64,000 bases of DNA from Candidatus Kaiserbacteria bacterium (GCA_019634005.1 JAHQWD010000003.1:240539-304538), one strand, 5' to 3'; shown: positions 39,193-48,866, counted from the stretch's first letter. The notes: generated by a model from the sequence alone, not told the origin. Program-made: numbers and translations.

Positions 39193-39741
39193 CTAAATCT
39201 GTATTTCTTTCTCCTTAGTCTCGTAGAGTGTCTCCATCTGCTTGTTAAAATCATCCACTTTCTTCTGCAGCGTTTCCTTCGCACGGAAGACCTCATCTTT
39301 AGAGAGCTCATCTGCCTCCATCTGCTTGATCGCCTCATCCCGTGCAGTACGAAGAGAGATCCGTCCCTCCTCAAGCTTCTGCTTTGCAAGCTTCATCAAT
39401 TGCTCGCGGCGTTCTGCGGTAAGTTCTGGGAAGCTAACCCGAATACCAGAATCAGAAACATTCACTGAGAGTCCAAGATCTGCATCCAAAAGTGCCCGTT
39501 CTACATCCTGTGCCTGATCTGCATTCCAGACAGAGATAGCAAGTGTACGTGGATCCTCCACGTTTATATTCGCAACCTGATTCAGCGGCACCTGTGCACC
39601 GTAGGAATCAACACGCACATTGTCTAGAAGTGCTGTCGTTGCACGCCCTGTTCTAATCGTTGCAAACTCCTTCTGGAGCCACTCATGCACCTCTTTTGCA
39701 CGAGCTTCAAATGAAGATAAATCGTATGTCATATACCCCAC
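39193..39741 (-). CDS. frr: ribosome recycling factor
   Basis: 182 aa; RTGRA and VRVDSYG segments conserved in RRF. Confidence 0.9.
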   Translation of the reverse strand: MGYMTYDLSSFEARAKEVHEWLQKEFATIRTGRATTALLDNVRVDSYGAQVPLNQVANINVEDPRTLAISVWNADQAQDVERALLDADLGLSVNVSDSGIRVSFPELTAERREQLMKLAKQKLEEGRISLRTARDEAIKQMEADELSKDEVFRAKETLQKKVDDFNKQMETLYETKEKEIQI

Positions 39742-39771
39742 ATTGTAGCGAGGAGTGCCTATGATGGCAAA

Positions 39772-40368
39772 TTACACCGCGAGCATGAGATACTCCAGAA
39801 GCATCTTCCGTGATGCACCTGGTGCTCCAATGTATTTCCGTACGAAGAGTACCGCGCGCAACAATGATTCATTCCGTGTCTCACTCGCCCACTGTTCGGT
39901 ACTCGCAAGGAGATCCTCTATCCACTTCGCGTCATGTTCCTTTGCTTTCTCTGCGATGAGTGATGTCTTTTCTTTATATGATTTCTTAAAAAACTCCTGT
40001 GCGTATACCGACGAGCCTTCTTGCATTTCAGTATCTATAATCATAAGCCGAGACTGTACCGTTGGCATGAGGACTTCTCGTCTTGGCACAATGACATAGA
40101 ACACCGACGTTTCTGCAGGCTCTTCGAGCGTCTTCAAGAGTGCATTCTGCGCCTCAGTGGTTGCATCAAAGAAAGACAGTACAAAACTTCGTGTCTCTTT
40201 CTCCACTGGTCGCTGTGACGCCTCGGTAATCAGGTTCCGTGCATCATCAATAGTGAGACGATCGCATACAATGTGACGAACGTCACTTCCAGGAACGCGC
40301 ACCTCCTCTGGAAGCTGGTTGCATATCGTATCAAAGGACCCTATGTAGAGTGTCGCGTGATGGTGCAT
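39772..40368 (-). CDS. DNA polymerase III delta-prime-like protein (short, P-loop-less)
   Basis: ALLKTLEEP and VQSRLM (SRC-like) motifs; 198 aa, lacks GxxGxGK. Confidence 0.55.
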   Translation of the reverse strand: MHHHATLYIGSFDTICNQLPEEVRVPGSDVRHIVCDRLTIDDARNLITEASQRPVEKETRSFVLSFFDATTEAQNALLKTLEEPAETSVFYVIVPRREVLMPTVQSRLMIIDTEMQEGSSVYAQEFFKKSYKEKTSLIAEKAKEHDAKWIEDLLASTEQWASETRNESLLRAVLFVRKYIGAPGASRKMLLEYLMLAV

Positions 40369-40394
40369 AGAGAAACGATAGCGAAAAATACGGT

Positions 40395-41783
40395 TTATGT
40401 CGAACGTTTGATAATACGACGAATGACCCGTCGAAGATAGTGGTCGAATGATTCACTTGGAGAATACACAATGCCCTGCTCATTTCGCCACGCATTTGCA
40501 TAATCGCGGATGGAGAGCACGACATCTTTTTGTGCACCTTCAAAGTGTCCTGCGATCACATCAAACATGATCATATTCTTAAGTCTCTGGAAGAGCGGAT
40601 GCTCTTTTCCACCAGGACCTCTCCCGAAAATCTTTTTCTCGCCACGGAATATACTCCAGTCTCTCAGCAACTGATCCATACCCTCTTCAATCTCTGGGGT
40701 GTAGAGGTCATCGGTAACACCCTTTGGAACGGTTGTCGCATCAGCACCTTCTATGTCTGGTGTCACAAATGGCTTTTTCGGCTCCGTCTTCTTGAGTGTC
40801 TCTTCTATATCACCTTCCACCTCTTCTGCTGTGAAGATCTTCTTCTGAGGCTTTGGAGTCTCCACTTTCAAAGGAGCCTTCTGTGGTGGTTCAGACTTCT
40901 TCTCCTCTTTTACAACAGGTGGTGGTTCCTTCACCCGCTCAATATTCTTTTCCTTTGCCGCTCGTATGCGTTCATCCAGAGATGAGATGGTATGCTCTTG
41001 TTCAACAACAGGCTCTGGTTTCTTTTCAGGAATAGGAGGTGGAGCAGGTTTCTCTTCCACTTTTGGAGAAGGTGCTGGCTGTGGCGGTTCGGACTTCTTC
41101 TCTTTTTGCACGATTGGCTGCGCCTTTGGTTGTCCCACTTTTATCTCTAACACCTGTTTATATGCACCCTCGAGTGCCTGCATGGACTGTCGGAGTGTCC
41201 CTGGTGCAGTACCACTCACTGACTTCATCGCAGAGAGTAGTGCTTGCATGTACGCACGTCCTACAGTCTCGTTCTCAGAGACTAGCGTTACTGGATTCCC
41301 TACGTACTCTGTTACCGCATGCTTGATCTCTGCAATACGCTCTTTTGCTTCCTCAGTGGACATCAGCTCTCCTACAGGAGCTGGCTGTGGCGATGTCTTC
41401 GGTTCAGGTTTCTTCTCTTCTTCTACAACAGGTGGTGGTTCTGGAGCCTCTTCCTTTTTAGGAGCTGGCTCTACAGATTCTTCTTCAGCCATCGGAAGAT
41501 TGCCTGGAGGTGCTACGTGCTTTTGTACTCCTTCTTTCTCTTCTGGTTGTGGTGCAGGCTTTTCTTCTGTCTTTGGCGCCATGTCTTCAAATCCAGGAAG
41601 GAGTTCCTCAATCCGAACACGTAATGTTGCGTCTGTTCCTCCACTTTGCGCATAGCGTAAAACACTATCGCGAAACTCTGCATACGTTTCCGAATCCATA
41701 TTGGCATCTCTTCCCGCTTGAAGAACCTTGGTTAGCCCTTGCCAACTCTGCATATCAAAAGTGCCGGTAGACGCGTCTCCCAT
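40395..41783 (-). CDS. hypothetical protein with long Pro/Glu/Lys-rich low-complexity linker
   Basis: 462 aa; repeated KKPEP / PPPVV-EE-KK units between N- and C-terminal globular regions; ATG 9 nt after TGGTACAAT. Confidence 0.6.
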   Translation of the reverse strand: MGDASTGTFDMQSWQGLTKVLQAGRDANMDSETYAEFRDSVLRYAQSGGTDATLRVRIEELLPGFEDMAPKTEEKPAPQPEEKEGVQKHVAPPGNLPMAEEESVEPAPKKEEAPEPPPVVEEEKKPEPKTSPQPAPVGELMSTEEAKERIAEIKHAVTEYVGNPVTLVSENETVGRAYMQALLSAMKSVSGTAPGTLRQSMQALEGAYKQVLEIKVGQPKAQPIVQKEKKSEPPQPAPSPKVEEKPAPPPIPEKKPEPVVEQEHTISSLDERIRAAKEKNIERVKEPPPVVKEEKKSEPPQKAPLKVETPKPQKKIFTAEEVEGDIEETLKKTEPKKPFVTPDIEGADATTVPKGVTDDLYTPEIEEGMDQLLRDWSIFRGEKKIFGRGPGGKEHPLFQRLKNMIMFDVIAGHFEGAQKDVVLSIRDYANAWRNEQGIVYSPSESFDHYLRRVIRRIIKRST

Positions 41784-41842
41784 AATATGGTCATTGTACC
41801 ACCTCTACTTCTGCATCGTATGAGAGACTCCGTTGATAACAA

Positions 41843-42751
41843 CTATTTCTTTTGCGCAATATGTCGCGCAACCTGATCCACATATGCTCCGAGTGTCATA
41901 GAAACATTTGCAGGAACGACTCGGTTAGACTCATTCACCCAATCAATCCATCCGTTCCATTCTTTCTGTGTTATACCGAAGTCATCAAGCTTTGCGGTGT
42001 GCGCATCAGGAGAAAGTCGCTCAATCTCAATGATCTCAGCAAGTGGCATCTTCTCTATCTTTGCAAGTCCTGCATCGTCATCCCCAAGTGAGCCAAAGAT
42101 ACCATCAAGAAATCCCTGGGAACTCTTCCCTACACGTTCGATAATAGATTGTCGTACTTTCTCTGCAGTTCCTCCCTGTATTGGCTTCTGTGGTATTGGT
42201 TTCGCAGCTTTCTTTTGTTCTACAGACTTCTCAGATTTCTTTGGAGTTACGTTCGGTGACTTTGACTTTTCTTCCTTTTTCTTCACCTCCACCTTCTTTT
42301 GTGTAGGTGCTGGTTTTGTAAATTTTGGTTTTGGTTTTATGCGAACACCGAGTGTCTGTGGTTTTCGAACAGCAAGATCGTCTTCCCGCGGTGCCGTTGG
42401 ATGTTTGTCTTTGTACACCGTGAGATCCTGCTCCTTCTCTTCTTCGGGCTCTGGAGTTGAGATTTTCTGTGATGGAGTGCCATTTAGTGTCTCAACAGAC
42501 GCCACAAACTCCTGCCACAGACGATACCGCATTGCCAACACCTCTGGTGCAAGTGCGGGCATGGAGATGGCATGCTCTATCTCCTCAATGAACCGCTGTT
42601 GAAGATCTCTATTTCGAAAGTATGCAGACCACATTGGTAGTTTCCTATCCATTGAGGATGCTTCTGCTCTTACCGCAAGTGTTGCAAAAGTGCTCTTGAG
42701 AGTTGCTCCTCCCGTTTCTATATCTTTTTTAAAGTCTTCAACAGTCTGCAT
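41843..42751 (-). CDS. hypothetical protein with Lys/Pro-rich central region
   Basis: about 300 aa from ATG 42751, 9 nt after TGCTATACT; central KPKPKFTKPAPTQKKVEVKKKEEKSKSP segment. Confidence 0.55.
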   Translation of the reverse strand: MQTVEDFKKDIETGGATLKSTFATLAVRAEASSMDRKLPMWSAYFRNRDLQQRFIEEIEHAISMPALAPEVLAMRYRLWQEFVASVETLNGTPSQKISTPEPEEEKEQDLTVYKDKHPTAPREDDLAVRKPQTLGVRIKPKPKFTKPAPTQKKVEVKKKEEKSKSPNVTPKKSEKSVEQKKAAKPIPQKPIQGGTAEKVRQSIIERVGKSSQGFLDGIFGSLGDDDAGLAKIEKMPLAEIIEIERLSPDAHTAKLDDFGITQKEWNGWIDWVNESNRVVPANVSMTLGAYVDQVARHIAQKK

Positions 42752-42843
42752 GATATAGAAAGTATAGCAAACACTTGCAGTGAGAAGGTGGAGATATCCA
42801 TAAAAAGAAAACGCCCACACGGAGCGATTTCCGCGTGAGCACT

Positions 42844-43380
42844 TTAGGCACGTATCAACTCCTGGGGGTCAACTCCCTCCGAGAAATAGACACCGTGCTC
42901 CGTATACCACCCCTGATGTTTGGTGAGGTAGTCAGGATGTTCTCTGTATTCAGGGTTCCGAGTCCAACCGTTCATGATGAGATTGTCCGCCGTCACGATC
43001 CTGTAGCCGAAATGCACGAGAGATTGTGCCGTCTCCAGGACACAAAAGCTTGCGCTCATGCCAGTCAGGATGAGTGTATCGATCCCAAAATGAGCTAGCC
43101 AGAGCTGACTGGTTAGATTGTCGAGACCGTCTTCACCCCGCTTTGAAAGAATAGCGACATTGGAAGCGTCCCGATCGATTTCTCTGTTCAGGACATCAAT
43201 CATTGAACCGTACTCTCTCGTCTCCATAAGAAAAAGCGGTGTCTTTGTCTTCATGCACTCCTGCACAAGACATATCTGTGACTCGACAAGCGTCTCGTAA
43301 TCAGAATCTGAGAGACGATCGACAAACCCCTCTTGCATATCGATGAGGGCGACCCCCACACCATTATTTTGGAATTCCAT
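42844..43380 (-). CDS. isochorismatase-family cysteine hydrolase
   Basis: ALIDMQEGF N-terminus, catalytic Cys in LTGMSASFCVLETA. Confidence 0.8.
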   Translation of the reverse strand: MEFQNNGVGVALIDMQEGFVDRLSDSDYETLVESQICLVQECMKTKTPLFLMETREYGSMIDVLNREIDRDASNVAILSKRGEDGLDNLTSQLWLAHFGIDTLILTGMSASFCVLETAQSLVHFGYRIVTADNLIMNGWTRNPEYREHPDYLTKHQGWYTEHGVYFSEGVDPQELIRA

Positions 43381-43449
43381 GAGTTACCCCCTTCTGTAAT
43401 ATGATGCAATCCGCAAGAGAGAATACCTTACATAATCAATATGTCAACT

Positions 43450-44463
43450 CTACCGTTTCGCCACAATAGTCCGCTTATATGTATCCAAATGCTCAAGAGC
43501 AATTCCTGTCCCCTTCGCGACACAGAAGAGCGCTTGATTCGCCAATACCGCTTTCACTCCTGTTCTTCTTTTCACCAATTCTGGAAAGTTCCGTAGTTGT
43601 GATGTTCCTCCAGTGAGAATAATGCCGTGGTCAATAATGTCAGACGCAAGCTCTGGTGGTGTGTCTTGAAATACTTCCTTGATTGCTTTAATCATCTCGC
43701 GGAGCTCCTTGGAAATAGCCCGTACAATTTCATTTGTCTTTACCTCTGCAGTCTTCGGGAGACCAGTAAGGATATCTCTTCCTTTAATATCCATAGCAAG
43801 CTCCTCCTCTACAGGAAGTGCAGACCCCACCTGTATCTTTACCTCTTCTGCAGTCTTCTCTCCAATAGCAATATTTCGCGTCCGCTTAATGTACTCGATG
43901 ATCGCCGCATCCAATTTGTTTCCCGCCACTCGCACAGAGTTTGCAGCCACAATCCCCCCGAGAGAGATGACGGCTGCATCAATGGTTCCCCCTCCAATAT
44001 CGACAATAAGGTGTCCTTGTGGCTCGTAAATCGGGAGGCCTGCACCGATCGCGGCAAGGATCGGCTCTTTCACCACGTACGCATTCTTCGCCCCCGCTTT
44101 TACTGCTGCCTCTACCACCGCACGCTTCTCGGTGGAAGATACTCCCGCAGGTACAGAGACCAGCACATCTGGTTTAAAGATATTCCAGGTGCCTAAAGAT
44201 TCTTTAAGAAAGTATCGAAGCATTGCCTCGGTCACACGATAGTCTGCAATCACTCCGTCTTTCATTGGGCGGTATGCACGAATCGCGTCTGGGGTCTTAC
44301 CGATCATACGCTTTGCCTCATTCCCCACTGCGAGGATCTGGTTGTCATCTGAGACTGCTACCACCGACGGCTCATGCATCACAATTCCTTTGCCAGGAAT
44401 GTACACCAAGACACTCGTTGTACCGAGATCTATCCCAACTTTTGGAGTCATACCACCAAACAT
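43450..44463 (-). CDS. MreB/Mbl-family actin homolog (second paralog)
   Basis: VGIDLGTTSVLVY and DIGGGTID motifs; start set at MFGG ATG 44463 with an AAGGAG SD. Confidence 0.9.
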   Translation of the reverse strand: MFGGMTPKVGIDLGTTSVLVYIPGKGIVMHEPSVVAVSDDNQILAVGNEAKRMIGKTPDAIRAYRPMKDGVIADYRVTEAMLRYFLKESLGTWNIFKPDVLVSVPAGVSSTEKRAVVEAAVKAGAKNAYVVKEPILAAIGAGLPIYEPQGHLIVDIGGGTIDAAVISLGGIVAANSVRVAGNKLDAAIIEYIKRTRNIAIGEKTAEEVKIQVGSALPVEEELAMDIKGRDILTGLPKTAEVKTNEIVRAISKELREMIKAIKEVFQDTPPELASDIIDHGIILTGGTSQLRNFPELVKRRTGVKAVLANQALFCVAKGTGIALEHLDTYKRTIVAKR

Positions 44464-44531
44464 AGTCTCCTTATGGTAGCGGGTTTGTGGGTAAGGTGCA
44501 ATGGGGACAGAGAGCGTGGTATCATACCCGC

Positions 44532-45854
44532 ATGAACCCAGAAAAATCCGCACACCCCGTGAATCTCAGTATCACTGGAGGAAAAAAATTGAAAGGAACT
44601 GTTGTTACCAATACATCAAAAAATGGTGCGGTAGGACTCCTCTGTGCCTCACTTCTTAATAGTGGCACAACGACACTTCGGAAGATGCCGAAGATTGAAG
44701 AGGTGTATCGCATCATTGAAGTCCTTGAGAGTATTGGGGTAACAGTGACCTGGCATGACTCTGATATCGTCATCGATGTACCAGAGGAAATGGATCTGAA
44801 AGGTATCGATGTCGAAGCAGCACGACGTACTCGCAGTATTGTGATGTTCCTTGGACCACTCATGCACCGCATGAAGAAGTTCTCCCTTCCCCAGTCAGGC
44901 GGATGTAAGCTTGGGAGCCGTACGGTGCGTCCACACTTCTATGCACTCGAGAACTTTGGTGTCTCTATCAAAACAACCGATGACGCGTTTGAGGTCGTCT
45001 CAAAACCAAAAGATGCTCACGAGATAGTGCTCTATGAATCGGGAGACACGGTCACTGAGAATGCACTTATGGCAGCAGCACTCACTCCAAGTACCACCGT
45101 CATTAAGTATGCTTCTGCAAACTATATGGTGCAGGAACTTTGTGCATTCCTCCGTCTCTTTGGTGTGCAGATAGATGGTATTGGTACCACAACACTTACG
45201 GTTACTGGCGTTGAAGAGATTCACATGGATGTTGAATACACACTCGCAGAAGATCCAACTGACACTATGTTCTTCCTTACTGCAGCCATTGTGACTGGAT
45301 CTGAGATCACGATTGAGCGCTGTCCAATAGAGTTCTTGGAGTTGGAACTCTTGAAGCTAGAAAAGATGGGATTCCAATATGACACCTCTGATATTTATCT
45401 TGCACACAACGGTCTTACAAAACTAGTAGACATCACAACACGTACATCTAAACTTCGTGCACTTACAGAAAAGGTGTACTCTCGTCCCTATCCAGGTCTC
45501 AATGCAGATAACCTTCCCTTCTTCGCTGTCATCGCGACACAAGTAGAAGGACAGACCCTTATTCACGACTGGATGTACGAAAAGCGTGCTATCTATTTCA
45601 CCGAGTTAGACAAACTTGGTGCAGACACCGTCCTTGCAGACCCGCACCGTATTTATATAAATGGACCAACGGAACTTCACTCCAATGAACTTGTCTGTCC
45701 TCCCGCACTCCGTCCTGCCACCATCCTCCTTATCGGCATGCTTGGTGCTGATGGCCACTCTGTGCTTCGCAACATCTATTCCATCAATCGTGGGTACGAA
45801 GGACTCGTAGAGCGATTAACTGCACTGGGTGCTGAGATTACGTATTTGGCGTAG
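44532..45854 (+). CDS. murA: UDP-N-acetylglucosamine 1-carboxyvinyltransferase
   Basis: ITGGKKLKG...KNGAVGLLCASLL N-terminus; EPSP-synthase fold; start at MNPEK ATG 44532. Confidence 0.9.
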   Translation: MNPEKSAHPVNLSITGGKKLKGTVVTNTSKNGAVGLLCASLLNSGTTTLRKMPKIEEVYRIIEVLESIGVTVTWHDSDIVIDVPEEMDLKGIDVEAARRTRSIVMFLGPLMHRMKKFSLPQSGGCKLGSRTVRPHFYALENFGVSIKTTDDAFEVVSKPKDAHEIVLYESGDTVTENALMAAALTPSTTVIKYASANYMVQELCAFLRLFGVQIDGIGTTTLTVTGVEEIHMDVEYTLAEDPTDTMFFLTAAIVTGSEITIERCPIEFLELELLKLEKMGFQYDTSDIYLAHNGLTKLVDITTRTSKLRALTEKVYSRPYPGLNADNLPFFAVIATQVEGQTLIHDWMYEKRAIYFTELDKLGADTVLADPHRIYINGPTELHSNELVCPPALRPATILLIGMLGADGHSVLRNIYSINRGYEGLVERLTALGAEITYLA

Positions 45855-45855
45855 A

Positions 45856-45883
45856 TTGACAAATAACATTTAGATAGTATAAT
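45856..45883 (+). promoter_or_regulatory. consensus sigma70 promoter TTGACA-N16-TATAAT
   Basis: perfect -35 (45856-45861) and -10 (45878-45883); AGGAGG SD at 45905-45910, 5 nt before ATG 45916. Confidence 0.6.
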
Positions 45884-45915
45884 AAGCGCAGCTTCAAGAA
45901 CAAGAGGAGGCTTTC

Positions 45916-46368
45916 ATGTCTGAATTCGAAGCATTCAAAAAGACTCTCTCTTGTCTTGAATTATTGACAAGAAGGGGTTACTTTCTACACGGATCACAGA
46001 TTGGCGACATCGAACAACTAACGCCGCGACAGGCCTGTGACCTCTCACGAAAAGAGGAAAACAACCTGTGCGCAGTGTATGCGGTCCGCGCAGTACAAGT
46101 TCCTATTGTTCGAGCATTGATGGCTGGCCGAGGAACAACTTCGTGGAGAGGTAACGACGACTACCTCAGTGTTACCGGCAATCGAACTTTTGCTCCTGGG
46201 TGGGTATACGTACTTCCCGGAGACACGTTTGAGAAGCATGGGCAGGAATGGGTTTCTTTTCGTCCTGTTCGTCCGATTATGACCGTACCCGTTACCCCAA
46301 CAGCACTTCGCGTTCTTGTCGAACGTGGCACCTTACATCTTCAGATACCGATACCGGCTCCCTGGTGA
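45916..46368 (+). CDS. hypothetical protein
   Basis: 150 aa, no recognised motif; strong canonical promoter and SD upstream. Confidence 0.5.
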   Translation: MSEFEAFKKTLSCLELLTRRGYFLHGSQIGDIEQLTPRQACDLSRKEENNLCAVYAVRAVQVPIVRALMAGRGTTSWRGNDDYLSVTGNRTFAPGWVYVLPGDTFEKHGQEWVSFRPVRPIMTVPVTPTALRVLVERGTLHLQIPIPAPW

Positions 46369-46424
46369 GCCGGTATCACACCGAGTCGCATTCTGCGGCT
46401 TTTTTCATTTGCTACAATACCTCT

Positions 46425-48299
46425 ATGTTTGTCATAGAGGTAATTCCACTGAAGCGCGGCGTCCATATAGAGTCTCTTTCATATTTCTCAAGTGTCGCGT
46501 ACCCACGCGGCACCATCATCTCTATTCCTCTTCGCAATAAAGAGGCTTCTGGCATTGTTATAGACAGCAAGGAAGTGAGCGGTGCAAAAGCAGCACTTCG
46601 TGCCGCGACGTTCTCTTTACGAAAACTCCCGACACAGGAAGACACAAAAGCACTCTCCCCCGCTTTCATCGAGACTGCCTATGAGCTCGCGGACTTGTAC
46701 GCTGCGAGTCCTGGAGCGGTTATGTACCAACTGCTTCCACCTGCGGTACGTGAAGGAGAGGTTCCACTTCCACATACCCATGAAAGTACAAACGAGACTC
46801 CTGATGCACCACAGGTACTGCAGGCAACGACCGACGAACGGTTTCTCGCATATCGTTCTCTTGTTCGGGAGACATTCGCACATGCAGGATCGGTGCTCCT
46901 TGTTGTTCCAACTGCCGCACAAGCAGTTGATGCAAAAGAGCGGCTTTCCAAAGGGATACAAGATCGTGTGATCGTATTGTCTACGGCACTGACAAAAAAA
47001 CAACGAGAAAAAGCATATGCTGCACTTGAAGATTTTTGTAAACCAAAACTTATTATTGCAACTAGTAGCTACGCGATGCTTGAGCGACACGATATTACGA
47101 CTGTTGTTATTGAAAACGCATATTCTCATAATTATCGTGACCGTACACGTCCCTACCTCGATACAAGGCAAGTACTCAAGATACACGCGAGAGAAAGTAA
47201 ACGACAACTTATCCTTGGAGATATACTCCCGCGCACTGAGGAAGAGATCTTTCGACGAGATGAGACCTATGCAACGTTCGGTGAACATGCAAAAAGACTC
47301 TCGCTTCCTGGAAAACTTGTCGTCGTAGAGATGAAGGACAAACCGCATGGAGACACCCCGTTCACACTCTTCTCTCGCAAGGCATTAAATGCGATTCGAA
47401 GGACTCTGGATGAGAAAGGTCATGTCTTCCTCTTTGCGCCACGAAGAGGTATCGCGCCCGTTGTTGCCTGTCTAGACTGTGGGTTCATCTTTCGAGATCC
47501 CGAAAGTGGCGCTCCCTATTCTCTTCTGGAACAAGGGGGTAAACGCTGGTTTGTCTCAGGTGTCTCTGGTACACGCGTCCGTGCTGCAGACACCTGTCCG
47601 GAATGTACGGGATGGAGATTGAAAGAACGCGGTATCGGTATCCAGCATATACACAAAGAACTCTCTGCACTCCTTCCAGATGTGCCAATTACGCTCTTTG
47701 ACCACACCTCCGCAAACACCTTCAAAAAAGCGAACTTCCTTATCGACACCTTCTACAAAAAGAAAGGGTCTATCATGATCGGAACACCTATGGTATTCCC
47801 CTATCTTCGTGAACCTGTCGACACCAGCATCATTGTGAATACCGATGCACTCCGTGCGACACCAACATGGAGAGTGCAGGAGGAGATTCTCTGGACACTC
47901 CTCTTCTTGCGTGAGAAGACAAACGGGACGGTCCTTGTGCAGACACGCATGGAGCCAGACGAGCTTATTGAATCTGCACGTACAGGATCTGTGGATTCTT
48001 TCTATACCGAAGAACAGGCGCTTCGCAAACAGTTCAAGTATCCTCCTTACGCACACTTCATTCATCTCACGTGGCAAGGGACACGTGCACAGACTGAGCA
48101 GATACGGACACAAATTGAAGCAGAGTTCATCATGTATGAACCGCTTCTTTACAAGGCTCCGACTTTTGGCAAAAACGTAACGGAATATGCACTCATCAGA
48201 AGACCAACAAAAGACTGGCCAGATTCTCGACTCCTCGCACTCTTGCGCAATCTACCACCCTCAGTACGGATTGTGATGAATCCAGATCGGATTGTTTGA
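46425..48299 (+). CDS. priA: PriA-like primosomal protein N' with degenerate helicase motifs
   Basis: N-terminal 3'BD-like region (VIPLKRGVHIESLSYFSSVAYPRGTIISIPL), CxxC...CxxC zinc ribbon, PriA C-terminal domain; Walker A position reads ATTDERF and DEEH position reads IENAYS; ATG 6 nt after TGCTACAAT. Confidence 0.7.
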   Translation: MFVIEVIPLKRGVHIESLSYFSSVAYPRGTIISIPLRNKEASGIVIDSKEVSGAKAALRAATFSLRKLPTQEDTKALSPAFIETAYELADLYAASPGAVMYQLLPPAVREGEVPLPHTHESTNETPDAPQVLQATTDERFLAYRSLVRETFAHAGSVLLVVPTAAQAVDAKERLSKGIQDRVIVLSTALTKKQREKAYAALEDFCKPKLIIATSSYAMLERHDITTVVIENAYSHNYRDRTRPYLDTRQVLKIHARESKRQLILGDILPRTEEEIFRRDETYATFGEHAKRLSLPGKLVVVEMKDKPHGDTPFTLFSRKALNAIRRTLDEKGHVFLFAPRRGIAPVVACLDCGFIFRDPESGAPYSLLEQGGKRWFVSGVSGTRVRAADTCPECTGWRLKERGIGIQHIHKELSALLPDVPITLFDHTSANTFKKANFLIDTFYKKKGSIMIGTPMVFPYLREPVDTSIIVNTDALRATPTWRVQEEILWTLLFLREKTNGTVLVQTRMEPDELIESARTGSVDSFYTEEQALRKQFKYPPYAHFIHLTWQGTRAQTEQIRTQIEAEFIMYEPLLYKAPTFGKNVTEYALIRRPTKDWPDSRLLALLRNLPPSVRIVMNPDRIV

Positions 48300-48326
48300 C
48301 GCAACACTATTTGATACAGTTACCAT

Positions 48327-48866
48327 ATGGCAAAACTCGTAGAACAGAGTCACGAAGCACTCCACCGCATAGCGGACGAAGTGCCCGTGGAGGAGATACC
48401 CTCTCCAAAGATACAGAAGGTGCTGAAGGATATGGAGTCTGCATTGAAGTCATATAACGCGCAAGGATTTGTGGGTGTTGCAATTGCTGCACCACAGATC
48501 GGTATTCCCCTTCGTATATTTCTTGTAAAGGATATGAGCACCGACCGCTCTGACGAAGAGAAGATCCCGACACTTGTGGCAATCAATCCAAAAATCATTA
48601 AGACGTCCAAGAAGAAATCTATTGTAGGTGAAGGATGTCTCTCGGTGCCAGACCACTATGGTGCTGTTGAGCGTGCGCATCAAGCGACTATTCGTGCATA
48701 CGATGAAAATGGAAATGAATATGAGCGCGGTGGATCAGGTCTTCTTGCACAGATTTTCCAACATGAGTGCGACCATCTCGACGGGACTCTCTTTGTCGAT
48801 CGTGCAGAGAAGGTATGGAGCAAAGATGAGATGGAAAAGCATAACCTTCGCGAAGCACATGAGTAA
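48327..48866 (+). CDS. def: peptide deformylase
   Basis: GVAIAAPQIG, EGCLSVP and QHECDHL motifs. Confidence 0.95.
   Translation: MAKLVEQSHEALHRIADEVPVEEIPSPKIQKVLKDMESALKSYNAQGFVGVAIAAPQIGIPLRIFLVKDMSTDRSDEEKIPTLVAINPKIIKTSKKKSIVGEGCLSVPDHYGAVERAHQATIRAYDENGNEYERGGSGLLAQIFQHECDHLDGTLFVDRAEKVWSKDEMEKHNLREAHE

Noticed and set aside
40966-41655. 229-aa plus-strand ORF inside the PEK-rich protein gene
   Set aside because: Gly/Ser/Cys-rich mirror of the repetitive coding strand. It is an artefact of low-complexity sequence.
46248-46424. Upstream in-frame extension of the priA-like ORF (track start 46248)
   Set aside because: The extension overlaps the preceding gene and lacks similarity to PriA. 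ATG 46425, directly downstream of the TGCTACAAT leaderless promoter, matches the PriA N-terminal domain start.
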